This document shows, one piece after another, positions 45,134-54,224 of a stretch of 64,000 bases of DNA (positions are counted from its first letter, which is position 1; every line of letters starts with the position of its first letter). Source of the stretch: a virus; IMG/VR virus record IMGVR_UViG_3300042691_015370, positions 64,001 to 128,000 of that record; one strand, 5' to 3'. The notes beneath the pieces are model-generated. The model worked only from the letters and a program-made list of their open reading frames with translations, was not told the origin of the DNA and did no database searches. The translations under genes were made by a program, and so were the position numbers.

Positions 45134-45652
45134 TCATTGCACCTTTGAAAACTTCAGATACCATGCAGTAGCAGTTTCAGGAGAATCACGTAACAACGAG
45201 TCTATCACAACAATCGTCTTAGCAATCCTATATTCAATAAAGAAGGACGGATGCTTCTTGAATGCATGAGCAATCTTTTCCATCGTCTCAAACGAAGGAT
45301 GGGCATCACCTTGGAGCAAGCGCTGAACATAGGACTTTCCGAGTCCGGTCTTGGCGGCGATTCCTCTGATAGAAAAACCTTGTGTCATGTAACGGAACGT
45401 CTCATGAAAATCGAACTCAGAGAAGTCCTCGTCACTGACACGAGCCAACCGCTGCAAGGCTTCGGCACGATCAAGAGTCGGGCGTTTACCCGGCCTTGAA
45501 CCACGACTGCCAGATTTCAAAACATCGCCCAACAGACGTGCAAAGATGTCCGAGTCTTGGCGCAAAAGATCAGACCAGTTGACATCCACAACCTCTGGAT
45601 ACTGTGACGTGATGCGTCTGTACTTTTCCTCCCAAGGAATCTTCTTAGCCAT
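45134..45652 (-). CDS. XRE-family HTH DNA-binding protein
   Basis: SIRGIAAKTGLGKSYVQRLLQGDAHPSFETMEKIAHAF; start MAKKIPW. Confidence 0.8.
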   Translation of the reverse strand: MAKKIPWEEKYRRITSQYPEVVDVNWSDLLRQDSDIFARLLGDVLKSGSRGSRPGKRPTLDRAEALQRLARVSDEDFSEFDFHETFRYMTQGFSIRGIAAKTGLGKSYVQRLLQGDAHPSFETMEKIAHAFKKHPSFFIEYRIAKTIVVIDSLLRDSPETATAWYLKFSKVQ

Positions 45653-46307
45653 TAATCTCTGTCCTAATCCAATATTGCTGATTTTCACGGAGAGCAGCAT
45701 CGATCTCGTCAAACTCTTTGAACTGGTCTTTCAGCCAACCAACAATGTCTTCCAAGTTCGCATTAAACTCTTTGCGCTCAGCCGCATTGGAGTTCTCATA
45801 TAGAGTGATTAAACCACGCAGTTCCATCAAAATGGTAATAGCACGCACAGCTTGCTTGTTACGAGTAATGCCCCATTCCTTCGCTCTTACTCCAAGATTC
45901 TTGACATAATCAGCTACAGACTCACCCTGATCCTTGTCACGAGTAGCCTTGTCGATACCCAAGTCTTTCTTGATTCCACGAATCTCTCGGGAAAAGATGT
46001 CTAGTGACTTCTGTAATTCATTAGCATTAATCTTACGACCCTTGTAATCCTCACCCATCGTCAGCCATTGACTAGCCCGGTAGGCAGCAATTTCAAAGGT
46101 AAGAATACGATCAAGTTCCAAAAGATCAGAAATGTTCTTGAAACTATTATCCTGACGGTATCGATCAGCGATGCGGTTATAGTGCTCTAATTCATCAATG
46201 GTCATCAATGTGACCTTGGCACCGGATGGAGATGTAACTTCAAAAGACTCTTCATCATCAGCTTCATCTTCATCCATGATGTTACCGATGTTGAAATCCT
46301 GATTCAT
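45645..46307 (-). CDS. Probable terminase small subunit
   Basis: Upstream of TerL; IKKDLGIDKATRDK resembles the P27-type LGLxPxxR motif. Confidence 0.5.
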   Translation of the reverse strand: MNQDFNIGNIMDEDEADDEESFEVTSPSGAKVTLMTIDELEHYNRIADRYRQDNSFKNISDLLELDRILTFEIAAYRASQWLTMGEDYKGRKINANELQKSLDIFSREIRGIKKDLGIDKATRDKDQGESVADYVKNLGVRAKEWGITRNKQAVRAITILMELRGLITLYENSNAAERKEFNANLEDIVGWLKDQFKEFDEIDAALRENQQYWIRTEING

Positions 46308-46332
46308 AGGGTTCCTTTCGTCTCAAAGATCT

Positions 46333-46359
46333 GTATCGGAATGAGGGACATTTAATTGA
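46333..46359 (-). promoter_or_regulatory. Candidate sigma28-type promoter TCAA-N15-TCCGATAC upstream of packaging genes
   Basis: Resembles sigma28 consensus; ends 26 nt before ATG of 46307. Confidence 0.5.
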
Positions 46360-46360
46360 C

Positions 46361-47395
46361 CTAAAGATTGCTCATAACGTCCAGATAAACCGATTTGAGA
46401 CTCTGCCAAGAATGCTCTTGTGCCCATTGATCAGCCCACTGAGAATACTCAATAACCTTGTCAGGATTTCCCCTTAACCAAAGAATCTTTTCGGCAATAT
46501 CTCTAGGATCAGATTCCCAAACATCAATGGTATTGCGGGTTTCAATCGTCTTTATTTTGTGTGCAGGTACTCGCAATTCTTCAGGCACCCAAAAAGTCTG
46601 AGGGGAACAATCAGACACGATAATGGGCATACCACACGACAAAGCTTCTTGAATAGGAAGACACAAGCCACCAAACTTCCTAGGAAAAAGAAACACATCT
46701 CCCGATTCATACAGTTCGGCTGGAGAATCAACTGCACCTACGGTGAACTTAATATTGCGCTTGTTGCGAATGTCTCGGATGGGACGCTGAGATCTAATGT
46801 TGAGAGTTATATTCTCATCGATGTAGTCCATTGCTTTGGCTGACAAGACCGTTCCATTACGGTCCTCCATTGCAACAGTACCAGCCGTATGCAGAAGTGA
46901 ACCGAGACTGGTTCGTGGCTTGTAGGGAAACATCTCTCTATCAACTGGCACAGGCAAAAGCTGAACATTGCGTCCGGGCAGTTGTTCTCTCACGGTGTCG
47001 AGGTACCAAGGAGAGGGAGCGGCAAACAGATCAGGCTCAGGTAATGAGTTCCTGCTGTAGTCAAGGAACTCAAAATTGAATTGCAGAACCGTCTTTACAG
47101 AAAGTTCTCTAGCTCTTTCAAAGAGCCAATAGTTATATGGCGTCTCACAGGTAAAGACAACATCAAGGTCACGCAAGAAATCCTCAATCACCGGATCACT
47201 CTGAACTGTCAGATCTGGATAAAGTCGATCATTCCACATCTGAGCACCGGGATACAAAGACATCACCGGCTTGCGACGAGAGTGTCGTGACAGGTCAACA
47301 ACCAAGGTCTTAGATGGCTGTAGGTGCCGCCAAAGGGCGTGAGTCTGAACCGACAGACCGGTGAAATCTGCCCGAGCTATGAGTCCGATTCTCAT
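46361..47395 (-). CDS. GT-B (GT4-like) glycosyltransferase
   Basis: DVFLFPRKFGGLCLPIQEALSCGMPIIVSD motif; start MRIGLIA (ATGA overlap). Confidence 0.9.
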   Translation of the reverse strand: MRIGLIARADFTGLSVQTHALWRHLQPSKTLVVDLSRHSRRKPVMSLYPGAQMWNDRLYPDLTVQSDPVIEDFLRDLDVVFTCETPYNYWLFERARELSVKTVLQFNFEFLDYSRNSLPEPDLFAAPSPWYLDTVREQLPGRNVQLLPVPVDREMFPYKPRTSLGSLLHTAGTVAMEDRNGTVLSAKAMDYIDENITLNIRSQRPIRDIRNKRNIKFTVGAVDSPAELYESGDVFLFPRKFGGLCLPIQEALSCGMPIIVSDCSPQTFWVPEELRVPAHKIKTIETRNTIDVWESDPRDIAEKILWLRGNPDKVIEYSQWADQWAQEHSWQSLKSVYLDVMSNL

Positions 47396-47913
47396 ACCTT
47401 TACCGCCCAACACAGAATGTTCGGATGAGCGTTAACCTGCATACTCTCTACCTCAAAACCAACTTCTTTCAGATACCACTTAAGAGTACCCTGATCAAAA
47501 AGAGCATAGTGAGAATTGAAACGCCAACTTGCCTTGTCCTGAATGTAGTCTTGGTCATACTGACCACCCATCAAAATCCAAGCCAACGAAACAAGCGGCA
47601 ATGGATCTAGATCGCTTCTAGTTCCGATTCTGCCTCTCATGTATCTCTTGATAGCCTCAGTTGCCTCAGGGACCTGAATGTAAATGCGAGCACCTTTTAC
47701 CATAACTCTGTGCCACTCAGTGAGAGCAGCCTTTGTGTCACGATAAGAAATGTGCTCAAGTACGTCCACAACTTTCATCTCAGTGACAGTGTTTGCCCTC
47801 AGCGGAAGCTCTAGGGCATCAGCCACAAGATCGGGAGACTGTGCGACATCAATGTCGAGATGCAAGTCATAAAGTGGATCTGGATTTTTGCCGGAACCTA
47901 GTTCTACTTTCAA
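47392..47913 (-). CDS. Class I SAM-dependent methyltransferase
   Basis: VELGSG, DLVADALELP, VLEHI, EWHRVMVKGARIYIQVP. Confidence 0.85.
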   Translation of the reverse strand: MKVELGSGKNPDPLYDLHLDIDVAQSPDLVADALELPLRANTVTEMKVVDVLEHISYRDTKAALTEWHRVMVKGARIYIQVPEATEAIKRYMRGRIGTRSDLDPLPLVSLAWILMGGQYDQDYIQDKASWRFNSHYALFDQGTLKWYLKEVGFEVESMQVNAHPNILCWAVKV

Positions 47914-48590
47914 TACCTTATCCCATAAATCATGCCACCTGTAGATGGTCTACCCAAAACTTCCAGATGACCCCATTCAGCAATAGTTGTCAACATATGA
48001 CCGAAACGTGCTTCAAAATTTGGAATATCGCTGACATCTGGGCCGTGAAATTCCATCACAAGGCGACGAACCCCACTAAGCGAAGAAGCGTCAATACTGT
48101 CAAAGCAGTCGTACTCCCCGCCCTCAATGTCCATCTTCAAAACAGCAATCTCACTAAACTGTCTAAGGACGTCAGCAAACGACTCGACAGCAAAGTCATT
48201 GCCCTCTACAACGTATCCAGAACCTGAAGCAACTTCGTTGTTGGTTATACTACCATAACCACTAGCAAAGCCTAAGGCAACATTTCGAGCTTCTACCGGC
48301 ACAAGACGAGTGTTCTCCTGCAATTGCTTGAAATTACTAGCTTCAGGCTCAAATGCCACGACCTTTTTAGCGCCAGCAATACCTGCCCAAAGGGAGAAGG
48401 CTCCGATATTTGCTCCCACGTCCAGAACAATTCCGCCAATGACATGATCTGAATGCATTCTGTACACATTCTCACGCCAGACCTCATCAACAACAATGTC
48501 ATCATCGGTATTGGGTCGAATTAAGATTTTAGCAGAACGACCCTCTTGATCCAGAAGATGAACCAAACCAGACTGACCTCTATAGCTCAT
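47910..48590 (-). CDS. FkbM-family methyltransferase
   Basis: VLDVGANIGAFSL, VVAFEP, LKMDIEGGEY, LVMEFH; start MSYRGQ. Confidence 0.9.
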   Translation of the reverse strand: MSYRGQSGLVHLLDQEGRSAKILIRPNTDDDIVVDEVWRENVYRMHSDHVIGGIVLDVGANIGAFSLWAGIAGAKKVVAFEPEASNFKQLQENTRLVPVEARNVALGFASGYGSITNNEVASGSGYVVEGNDFAVESFADVLRQFSEIAVLKMDIEGGEYDCFDSIDASSLSGVRRLVMEFHGPDVSDIPNFEARFGHMLTTIAEWGHLEVLGRPSTGGMIYGIRY

Positions 48591-49530
48591 AGCCCATAAC
48601 TCCAAAAGCTTGAATGAGACGTTCTGTATACGTGCAGTTAGCACGAACAAAAGCCTGACCAGTAGCAGCGATCCGCTTTCGCTCAGCATCATCTTCAACG
48701 TACTGATCAATGAGCGACTTCAATCCTGTAAAATCGCCATAATCATAAAGCCTCAGGTGTTCGCCATCAACAAACTCTTCTTCCAAGCCAGTAATTCGTG
48801 GATGAATGAGAAATCCTCCACGACCGACCGTTTCATAAACCCGGTCTGACCAGTAGTAGGGCTTCTTGAAACCGGGGCATAGAGTATCACCAACAACAAC
48901 CTTAGCTGAGGCGTAAAGATCATTGAGGTCTTGACCTCGGACCAAGGACTCAGGATGGCCGTGCTTCACGTAGCGATCCTTGTAAGTCTTGCTCAGCCAT
49001 TGGTGTAGCTTGTTTCTATAGGGCCATTCCTTGTGATAGCCGTGAACTGAGCCGACGAAAGCCACATCAGAAGCTAAACTCTCACGATAGTTACCCGGCA
49101 CACACTCAGCCTTCAGTACACCCGGCTTAATGTAGTAATGATTAATGCCAAGTGACTCAAATCTCTTAGCTGACGCAGGATCACCGTCTGGTGTGAACAC
49201 GTAACCAGTTGACCAGAATGGATCACCGTGCAAGGTTGACTCACGCTTAATGCCTAGGTACAAGTCCAGATGATATGAAGCAGTCTTGATACCGTCAGAC
49301 TCAAGGCGTCTAAAGGTGTCGATCAAAAAAGGCTTATCCTTGACACCCCATGTTCTCGTGTACAACAACACGTCAGCACCAAATCTTTTAACGGTGCGGC
49401 CGAGTTTCGGAAGGTCTAATTGGTCTTCCTGAAGTGGTGCAACCTCAACACCAAGACTTTCTAAAGTCTTTTGAATATGAACTTCTGTGCAAAATGATTC
49501 TCGGAAATTACCGATATAGGCAACCTTCAT
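48580..49530 (-). CDS. GT-B glycosyltransferase (CgeB/Glyco_trans_1_2-like)
   Basis: DVAFVGS, DLNDLYASAKVV, SDRVYETVGRGGFLI, ERKRIAATGQ...TYTER. Confidence 0.85.
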   Translation of the reverse strand: MKVAYIGNFRESFCTEVHIQKTLESLGVEVAPLQEDQLDLPKLGRTVKRFGADVLLYTRTWGVKDKPFLIDTFRRLESDGIKTASYHLDLYLGIKRESTLHGDPFWSTGYVFTPDGDPASAKRFESLGINHYYIKPGVLKAECVPGNYRESLASDVAFVGSVHGYHKEWPYRNKLHQWLSKTYKDRYVKHGHPESLVRGQDLNDLYASAKVVVGDTLCPGFKKPYYWSDRVYETVGRGGFLIHPRITGLEEEFVDGEHLRLYDYGDFTGLKSLIDQYVEDDAERKRIAATGQAFVRANCTYTERLIQAFGVMGYEL

Positions 49531-49538
49531 TCTACTTC

Positions 49539-50147
49539 CTATCTCTTCACCAGATTTCGGTACCGTGCATACTTTGTGGCAACATACCGATACGTTTTGC
49601 GATGCAAATCAACTTGCGAATTACGTCCCTCGTTCACGCCTACAATATACACAACACCCTCGCACTCAACTATGCGACTTCCTGCAATATAAAGACGTAG
49701 AAACATATCCCAGTCCTCAAGAACTGGTAATGTGTCATCAAATTGCCCGTCAGTCATGAAGTCAACGAGTCTCATTGATGTTCCGATAACCAAACAATTG
49801 GTTCGAAAAAAATCTTTGGTTTGAATAAAACAAGCGCTCTCGTCAAATGAGCCGTCCGGGTACATGCCGAGTGTCTGTGGCTTGTAGAGAATCTTCTCGT
49901 TGAGATCAACGTAGTTATCAAGATTATCAAAAAAGCTTTTGTCTAAACGGTCGTCAGCATCAAGAAAGGTCACAATGTCGGTATCTAGCTTTGCTGCACC
50001 AGCATTGCGGGCCTGAGCAAGAGATGATCCGTGTTCGGTAACGATCATGTCCGCACCCGCTTCCATGGCTGAGTGTGCAGCAATCTCAGCCCTGTCGGCC
50101 CAAGACTTGTCGCCAAAAGTTCCAATTACGACACCAAAGCTAGCCAT
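49539..50147 (-). CDS. GT-A (GT2) glycosyltransferase
   Basis: ARNAGA, FLDADD, EDWDMFLR. Confidence 0.9.
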   Translation of the reverse strand: MASFGVVIGTFGDKSWADRAEIAAHSAMEAGADMIVTEHGSSLAQARNAGAAKLDTDIVTFLDADDRLDKSFFDNLDNYVDLNEKILYKPQTLGMYPDGSFDESACFIQTKDFFRTNCLVIGTSMRLVDFMTDGQFDDTLPVLEDWDMFLRLYIAGSRIVECEGVVYIVGVNEGRNSQVDLHRKTYRYVATKYARYRNLVKR

Positions 50148-50874
50148 TGATTACCCAATCTGGAACATTACCTTCATATTGTTTGAGAACGGGTCTACGT
50201 ATTATAGACATAATATGATTATTGTTATGACCGTGGTTCTTTAGATTAGCGTAGCGATCATATTTGATTTTCCTATCCTCTTCACGAGCATAGCCAAAAT
50301 GCATCAGATTGATGTTGTTTGTTCTGAAAGGGTCAAGCTTTGCATACGTTGGAGCCGAGCCACAGCCCATCGCCTTCATATTCCAGCGGCCATTAGGCTG
50401 GTACTTGAACAACCGACTCGCTTTGATCTTGTTCCACAGGCCGTCATTTCGATAAAAGCACTTACTGTCGATGATGTCCCAAATCTCATCCACCTTCATC
50501 TTTACTACGATATAGTCAAGATACTCAGCAAGCTCAATGGTCGAGTGAAGAGCCTTGCGTGGATCACCTTCTTGACTGACGAGAAATTCGTCGGCATCAA
50601 TGGCAAAAACCCAATCTTGTTCATTTGGCTTCATGGCCTCTTCAAAGGCTTGCCACGCAGCGAAACGAAATTCGCCCTCATGGTCCATGAAGGTTTCTGA
50701 CCCAGCGTCTCGCACCAATACACCATAGTCCGAGCAGATCTGAACGGTGTTGTCAGTCGAATGGTCATTAAATAGGAAAAGACCATCAAATATATCTTGA
50801 TGGTGCTCAATAAACTCTTTCAAATATCTATGCTCTTCGTTCTTGGCAACAACTAAGCCGTAGACATTAGTCAT
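50140..50874 (-). CDS. GT-A (GT2-like) glycosyltransferase
   Basis: VAKNEEHRYL, NDHSTDNT, WVFAIDADEF, LMHFGY; start MTNVYG. Confidence 0.9.
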   Translation of the reverse strand: MTNVYGLVVAKNEEHRYLKEFIEHHQDIFDGLFLFNDHSTDNTVQICSDYGVLVRDAGSETFMDHEGEFRFAAWQAFEEAMKPNEQDWVFAIDADEFLVSQEGDPRKALHSTIELAEYLDYIVVKMKVDEIWDIIDSKCFYRNDGLWNKIKASRLFKYQPNGRWNMKAMGCGSAPTYAKLDPFRTNNINLMHFGYAREEDRKIKYDRYANLKNHGHNNNHIMSIIRRPVLKQYEGNVPDWVING

Positions 50875-51652
50875 GTTCAATACCCCAGTCATCCATCAGT
50901 TCACGGAAGAGTAGCCGTGACAATTTCAGATGATTATGACCAGTCTGACCAATTGTACGATGCCACTCATGAACCATTTCGGCACCCTGATCGCCAACAT
51001 GAAATACCTTGTAGCCAAACTTAGGCATCGCATAACAAACAGCAGTATCCTCATAATACAGGAAGTGCTCTGGCATAGCACCCTTGGCGTTCGGCCAATG
51101 CTTGCGGAACACTGGATCGTTCATAATCGCATTCCATGCTTCCCGGCGAATTATCATGGCCGACCCAATCACCATGACGACTTCAAGTACATCTCTGTAC
51201 TCACCACGATCAGTTTTGGACCAACCACGATGCTTCGGCTTGGCATGAGTGCCAATAATACCGGCAGCAGTAAACTTACGAGGTGCTTTGGCTCTGGAGT
51301 ACTGAAGTGGTCCAACAACCCCCACATCGGGGTTACTGTCCATAAAGCTGATACACCTATCTATACAGGCGTCATTGACGAAATAGGTATCGGAGTTGAA
51401 CAGACCGATATACCGTGACTCGGTGAGACTGGCGCCCAAATTGCAGGCTTTTGCGTAACCGAGATTGGCTTTTACCGGGAGAACCGTCACGCTGTCAGGG
51501 AGACTGAGGCTATGGACCTGATCGGTTGACTCGTTGTCGATAACCACAACCTCCGAAGATGCGGTTGGCCGGTACTGGTCATAGGAGGACAGGAACCGAT
51601 CGATCATCGGGTACGTATGATAATTGACAACTACCATAGAAATATCAAGCAT
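50867..51652 (-). CDS. GT2 glycosyltransferase (rhamnosyltransferase-like)
   Basis: VVVNY, VIDNESTD, NLGYAKACNLGA, FNSD, FLYYEDT. Confidence 0.9.
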   Translation of the reverse strand: MLDISMVVVNYHTYPMIDRFLSSYDQYRPTASSEVVVIDNESTDQVHSLSLPDSVTVLPVKANLGYAKACNLGASLTESRYIGLFNSDTYFVNDACIDRCISFMDSNPDVGVVGPLQYSRAKAPRKFTAAGIIGTHAKPKHRGWSKTDRGEYRDVLEVVMVIGSAMIIRREAWNAIMNDPVFRKHWPNAKGAMPEHFLYYEDTAVCYAMPKFGYKVFHVGDQGAEMVHEWHRTIGQTGHNHLKLSRLLFRELMDDWGIEHD

Positions 51653-52371
51653 CAGAAACCCACCCTTTTGTCAACGCCGTTCAGCATAGCTGGGTGCATC
51701 ACATGCTTGTTACAAACTCGACCGTCCCAATACAAAGTGCCGCCAGCTTTCTGGATCTCTAGTGACCAACCAAGGTCTTCACCTCTGCGATTGTAAACAT
51801 AGTCAATCGCATAAGCATTTCTTGTCATCAAATATCCACCGATCAAAATATCAACTTTGACAAGCTGATTGAGATTCTCACGCTTGAACATGGTGCCACG
51901 ATGTGGGCCAACCCACTTACCCATATTGGGATGCAAAGTACTATGCCGAGACACAAAGCACTTGGACCCAATGGCCCAAGCATCCGGCTTTTCCTCTACA
52001 GCAGAAAGCAAAGTCTTAATACCGTCTGGATGCAGCAACACATCAGAGTCAAGGCTGAAAAAGTAATCGGGCGATAGATTACGAACTTCGCCAAGCAATT
52101 CATTGCGTAGATTGACCATCTCGTAGTAGCGGTCGTTGCTCCAGCGATGATCGCCGTCACGACCAGTGAAGACTGAGTAAAAGAAGGTGACCTTGAGGTC
52201 AGTAAGCAAAGCGACAGTATCTGCATCGTCCGGGTGAACATTGCAAATGACCTCTGGTACGACACCGGCCTTCTCGCCAGCAGTCATCAGATGCTCGTAC
52301 CACTTGTCAAGAATCCAGTTTCTTCCCGCCTCGGGATTGCCGACAAGAGGGCATCCAACCAGAAGCCTCAT
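51652..52371 (-). CDS. GT-A glycosyltransferase
   Basis: LRNELL, YFFSLDSDVLL, GEDLGWS; start MRLLVGCP (ATGA overlap). Confidence 0.8.
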   Translation of the reverse strand: MRLLVGCPLVGNPEAGRNWILDKWYEHLMTAGEKAGVVPEVICNVHPDDADTVALLTDLKVTFFYSVFTGRDGDHRWSNDRYYEMVNLRNELLGEVRNLSPDYFFSLDSDVLLHPDGIKTLLSAVEEKPDAWAIGSKCFVSRHSTLHPNMGKWVGPHRGTMFKRENLNQLVKVDILIGGYLMTRNAYAIDYVYNRRGEDLGWSLEIQKAGGTLYWDGRVCNKHVMHPAMLNGVDKRVGF

Positions 52372-52730
52372 AGATACCCAGCCTTCTTCATGAGTTCCAT
52401 AAAGAGTTCCATCGGCATCATTGCCCACCAGTCTTCTGGCCTTGGCTTACCCTTGGGACGTACAGCGATGAATCCCATTTCTGAACGTGCATTGACCATC
52501 TCAGATTCAAGCTCACGAACCCAAGCAGGGATATCAAGAGCAGCACCGGATTTAACTTCGACACAGACGTTCCATCTACGGTCAGGAGCAGCCCAACCTG
52601 CAATATCGCCTTGATCAAAGCGACCCTTAAGGTGGCGGCGCTCGGCATTTGCGATCCCTTTGCTGATCAGGTACTGGACGTACTTTTCTTCTGTCTCAGC
52701 GCCCTTACTTTTGGCTGTCGATGGCTTCAT
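52368..52730 (-). CDS. Hjc-like PD-(D/E)xK Holliday junction resolvase
   Basis: KSKGAETE...DQGDI...VEVKS. Confidence 0.75.
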   Translation of the reverse strand: MKPSTAKSKGAETEEKYVQYLISKGIANAERRHLKGRFDQGDIAGWAAPDRRWNVCVEVKSGAALDIPAWVRELESEMVNARSEMGFIAVRPKGKPRPEDWWAMMPMELFMELMKKAGYL

Positions 52731-53109
52731 CCTCTAGCTCCATTTGCGCCATCATTTCACGCAGATCCTCAGAAGCTTCCTTCAGCTTGAAGGAAGTGAC
52801 CTTCTCTGCGTGTTTGACATCGCTCTCAATGTTCGTCTTAGTGATTCTGAAATGGACATCCAAAGTGTCGCCCTCACTAAACGTAAAAGCGGACGGAAGC
52901 CATTCGTCTACATTATCATACATAGCTTCAAGAGCGAACTTAATACGAGAAGCAATGAGTTGACGAACAAGTGGTTCCATGTCTTTGTAAATCTCCTTAG
53001 AGTTCTGAACCTGCATGAACAGAGCTACACGGTCAAGCCAATAGGGGACCGGCTCAAGTTTGCGGTACGAAATTTGGGTCTGGACACCGGCGAATTCGTG
53101 AACTGTCAC
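52705..53109 (-). CDS. Hypothetical protein
   Basis: 134-aa ORF overlapping the resolvase start. Confidence 0.55.
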   Translation of the reverse strand: MTVHEFAGVQTQISYRKLEPVPYWLDRVALFMQVQNSKEIYKDMEPLVRQLIASRIKFALEAMYDNVDEWLPSAFTFSEGDTLDVHFRITKTNIESDVKHAEKVTSFKLKEASEDLREMMAQMELEDEAIDSQK

Positions 53110-53146
53110 CCATACATTGTAAACGGTTCAGTGACACAAAAAACCT

Positions 53147-53183
53147 AAAAGGGGAGGCCCGGAAACCCGGAACCTCCCCTTTT
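53147..53183. terminator. Intrinsic terminator (potentially bidirectional)
   Basis: AAAAGGGGAGG...CCTCCCCTTTT inverted repeat. Confidence 0.75.
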
Positions 53184-53199
53184 GCTGCGCCTCGGTCGC

Positions 53200-53580
53200 T
53201 CAAACTGATTGCAGAAAATCAGAAAGCCTTACTGTTGCTTTAGTTCCCGCACGAGTGTTGATCTTCACTACAAACTTCAGCCCCATCATCAACATATAAG
53301 AAGTGCTTAGCTTGTTAATAAAGTCTGATGGAGCAAAATCAACAACATACAACCACTGAGAATTAAGGCCACGCATTCTGTCAACATCATGAACATATTT
53401 GTCATTGGGTGATGTCATGTAAGGTCTGCATGCGGGAGCGCCGAATTTGGAACAGAAGAGGCGAGTGCTTACCCCATCCCAAATTGCTTCACAAGGGTTC
53501 CACCGCTCATTGTATCTACTATATGAGCGTGGATCAAAAAACGGCTCAGCTAACTGGATATCTGAAGGATCAGAGATCAT
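53200..53580 (-). CDS. Hypothetical protein
   Basis: Start MISDPS overlapping the upstream stop; ends just before terminator. Confidence 0.5.
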   Translation of the reverse strand: MISDPSDIQLAEPFFDPRSYSRYNERWNPCEAIWDGVSTRLFCSKFGAPACRPYMTSPNDKYVHDVDRMRGLNSQWLYVVDFAPSDFINKLSTSYMLMMGLKFVVKINTRAGTKATVRLSDFLQSV

Positions 53581-53920
53581 CCCAACCCTCTTCCCACTCC
53601 TTCTTCGCCCGACGAGCTTCCTCACGGAGCATCTCTAGCTCAGTAGGTACGATCTGTTCGAACTCCTGCTTGGCTTCGAACTCTTCTGGACGCAGGACAC
53701 GATCAGACCAAGCCACGTTACCGACACGAAGCGTCATTACGAGGAAAAAGTCGGCCTTCCCCTCACGGAGAACCTCATCGATATCAACATCTGGAGACAT
53801 AATCTCCATTTCCTGACCCGGTGCCGGTACTGCGCCAACCTGAGCAGACATGGCGTAGAGGCCAATCTTTTCAAACGCAGCCTTGGATTCATCCAGAAGA
53901 TTGTAAAAGTCGAAAGCCAT
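53570..53920 (-). CDS. Hypothetical acidic protein
   Basis: Likely start MAFDFY at 53920. Confidence 0.6.
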   Translation of the reverse strand: MAFDFYNLLDESKAAFEKIGLYAMSAQVGAVPAPGQEMEIMSPDVDIDEVLREGKADFFLVMTLRVGNVAWSDRVLRPEEFEAKQEFEQIVPTELEMLREEARRAKKEWEEGWDDL

Positions 53921-53952
53921 GAGGGGAGTATACCGAAATTTCGCCTTGCGAG

Positions 53953-54216
53953 TCAAGCGTCTCGCTGAGCGGCCATGTACTCCTTGCGGAGCGCCCGGAA
54001 ACGGTCCCACGGAATCTTGTCTGGATCGTAGAGGCAGACCCATTTGTGGCGGATCTTCTCCACCATCCCTAGGTCCACAAACTCCTTCATGATGCCAGAC
54101 AGTCTCTGATACGACATACCCCACTCTTTGGCAATCTCACCCTGTTTGATAGCAATCACATTGTTCTGATCGCACTTGGAGTACAGGTAACGATAGAGGG
54201 ATTCTCTATCATACAT
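53953..54216 (-). CDS. Winged-HTH DNA-binding protein
   Basis: KQGEIAKEWGMSYQRLSGIMKEFVDLGMVEK. Confidence 0.75.
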   Translation of the reverse strand: MYDRESLYRYLYSKCDQNNVIAIKQGEIAKEWGMSYQRLSGIMKEFVDLGMVEKIRHKWVCLYDPDKIPWDRFRALRKEYMAAQRDA

Positions 54217-54224
54217 TTGTCACC

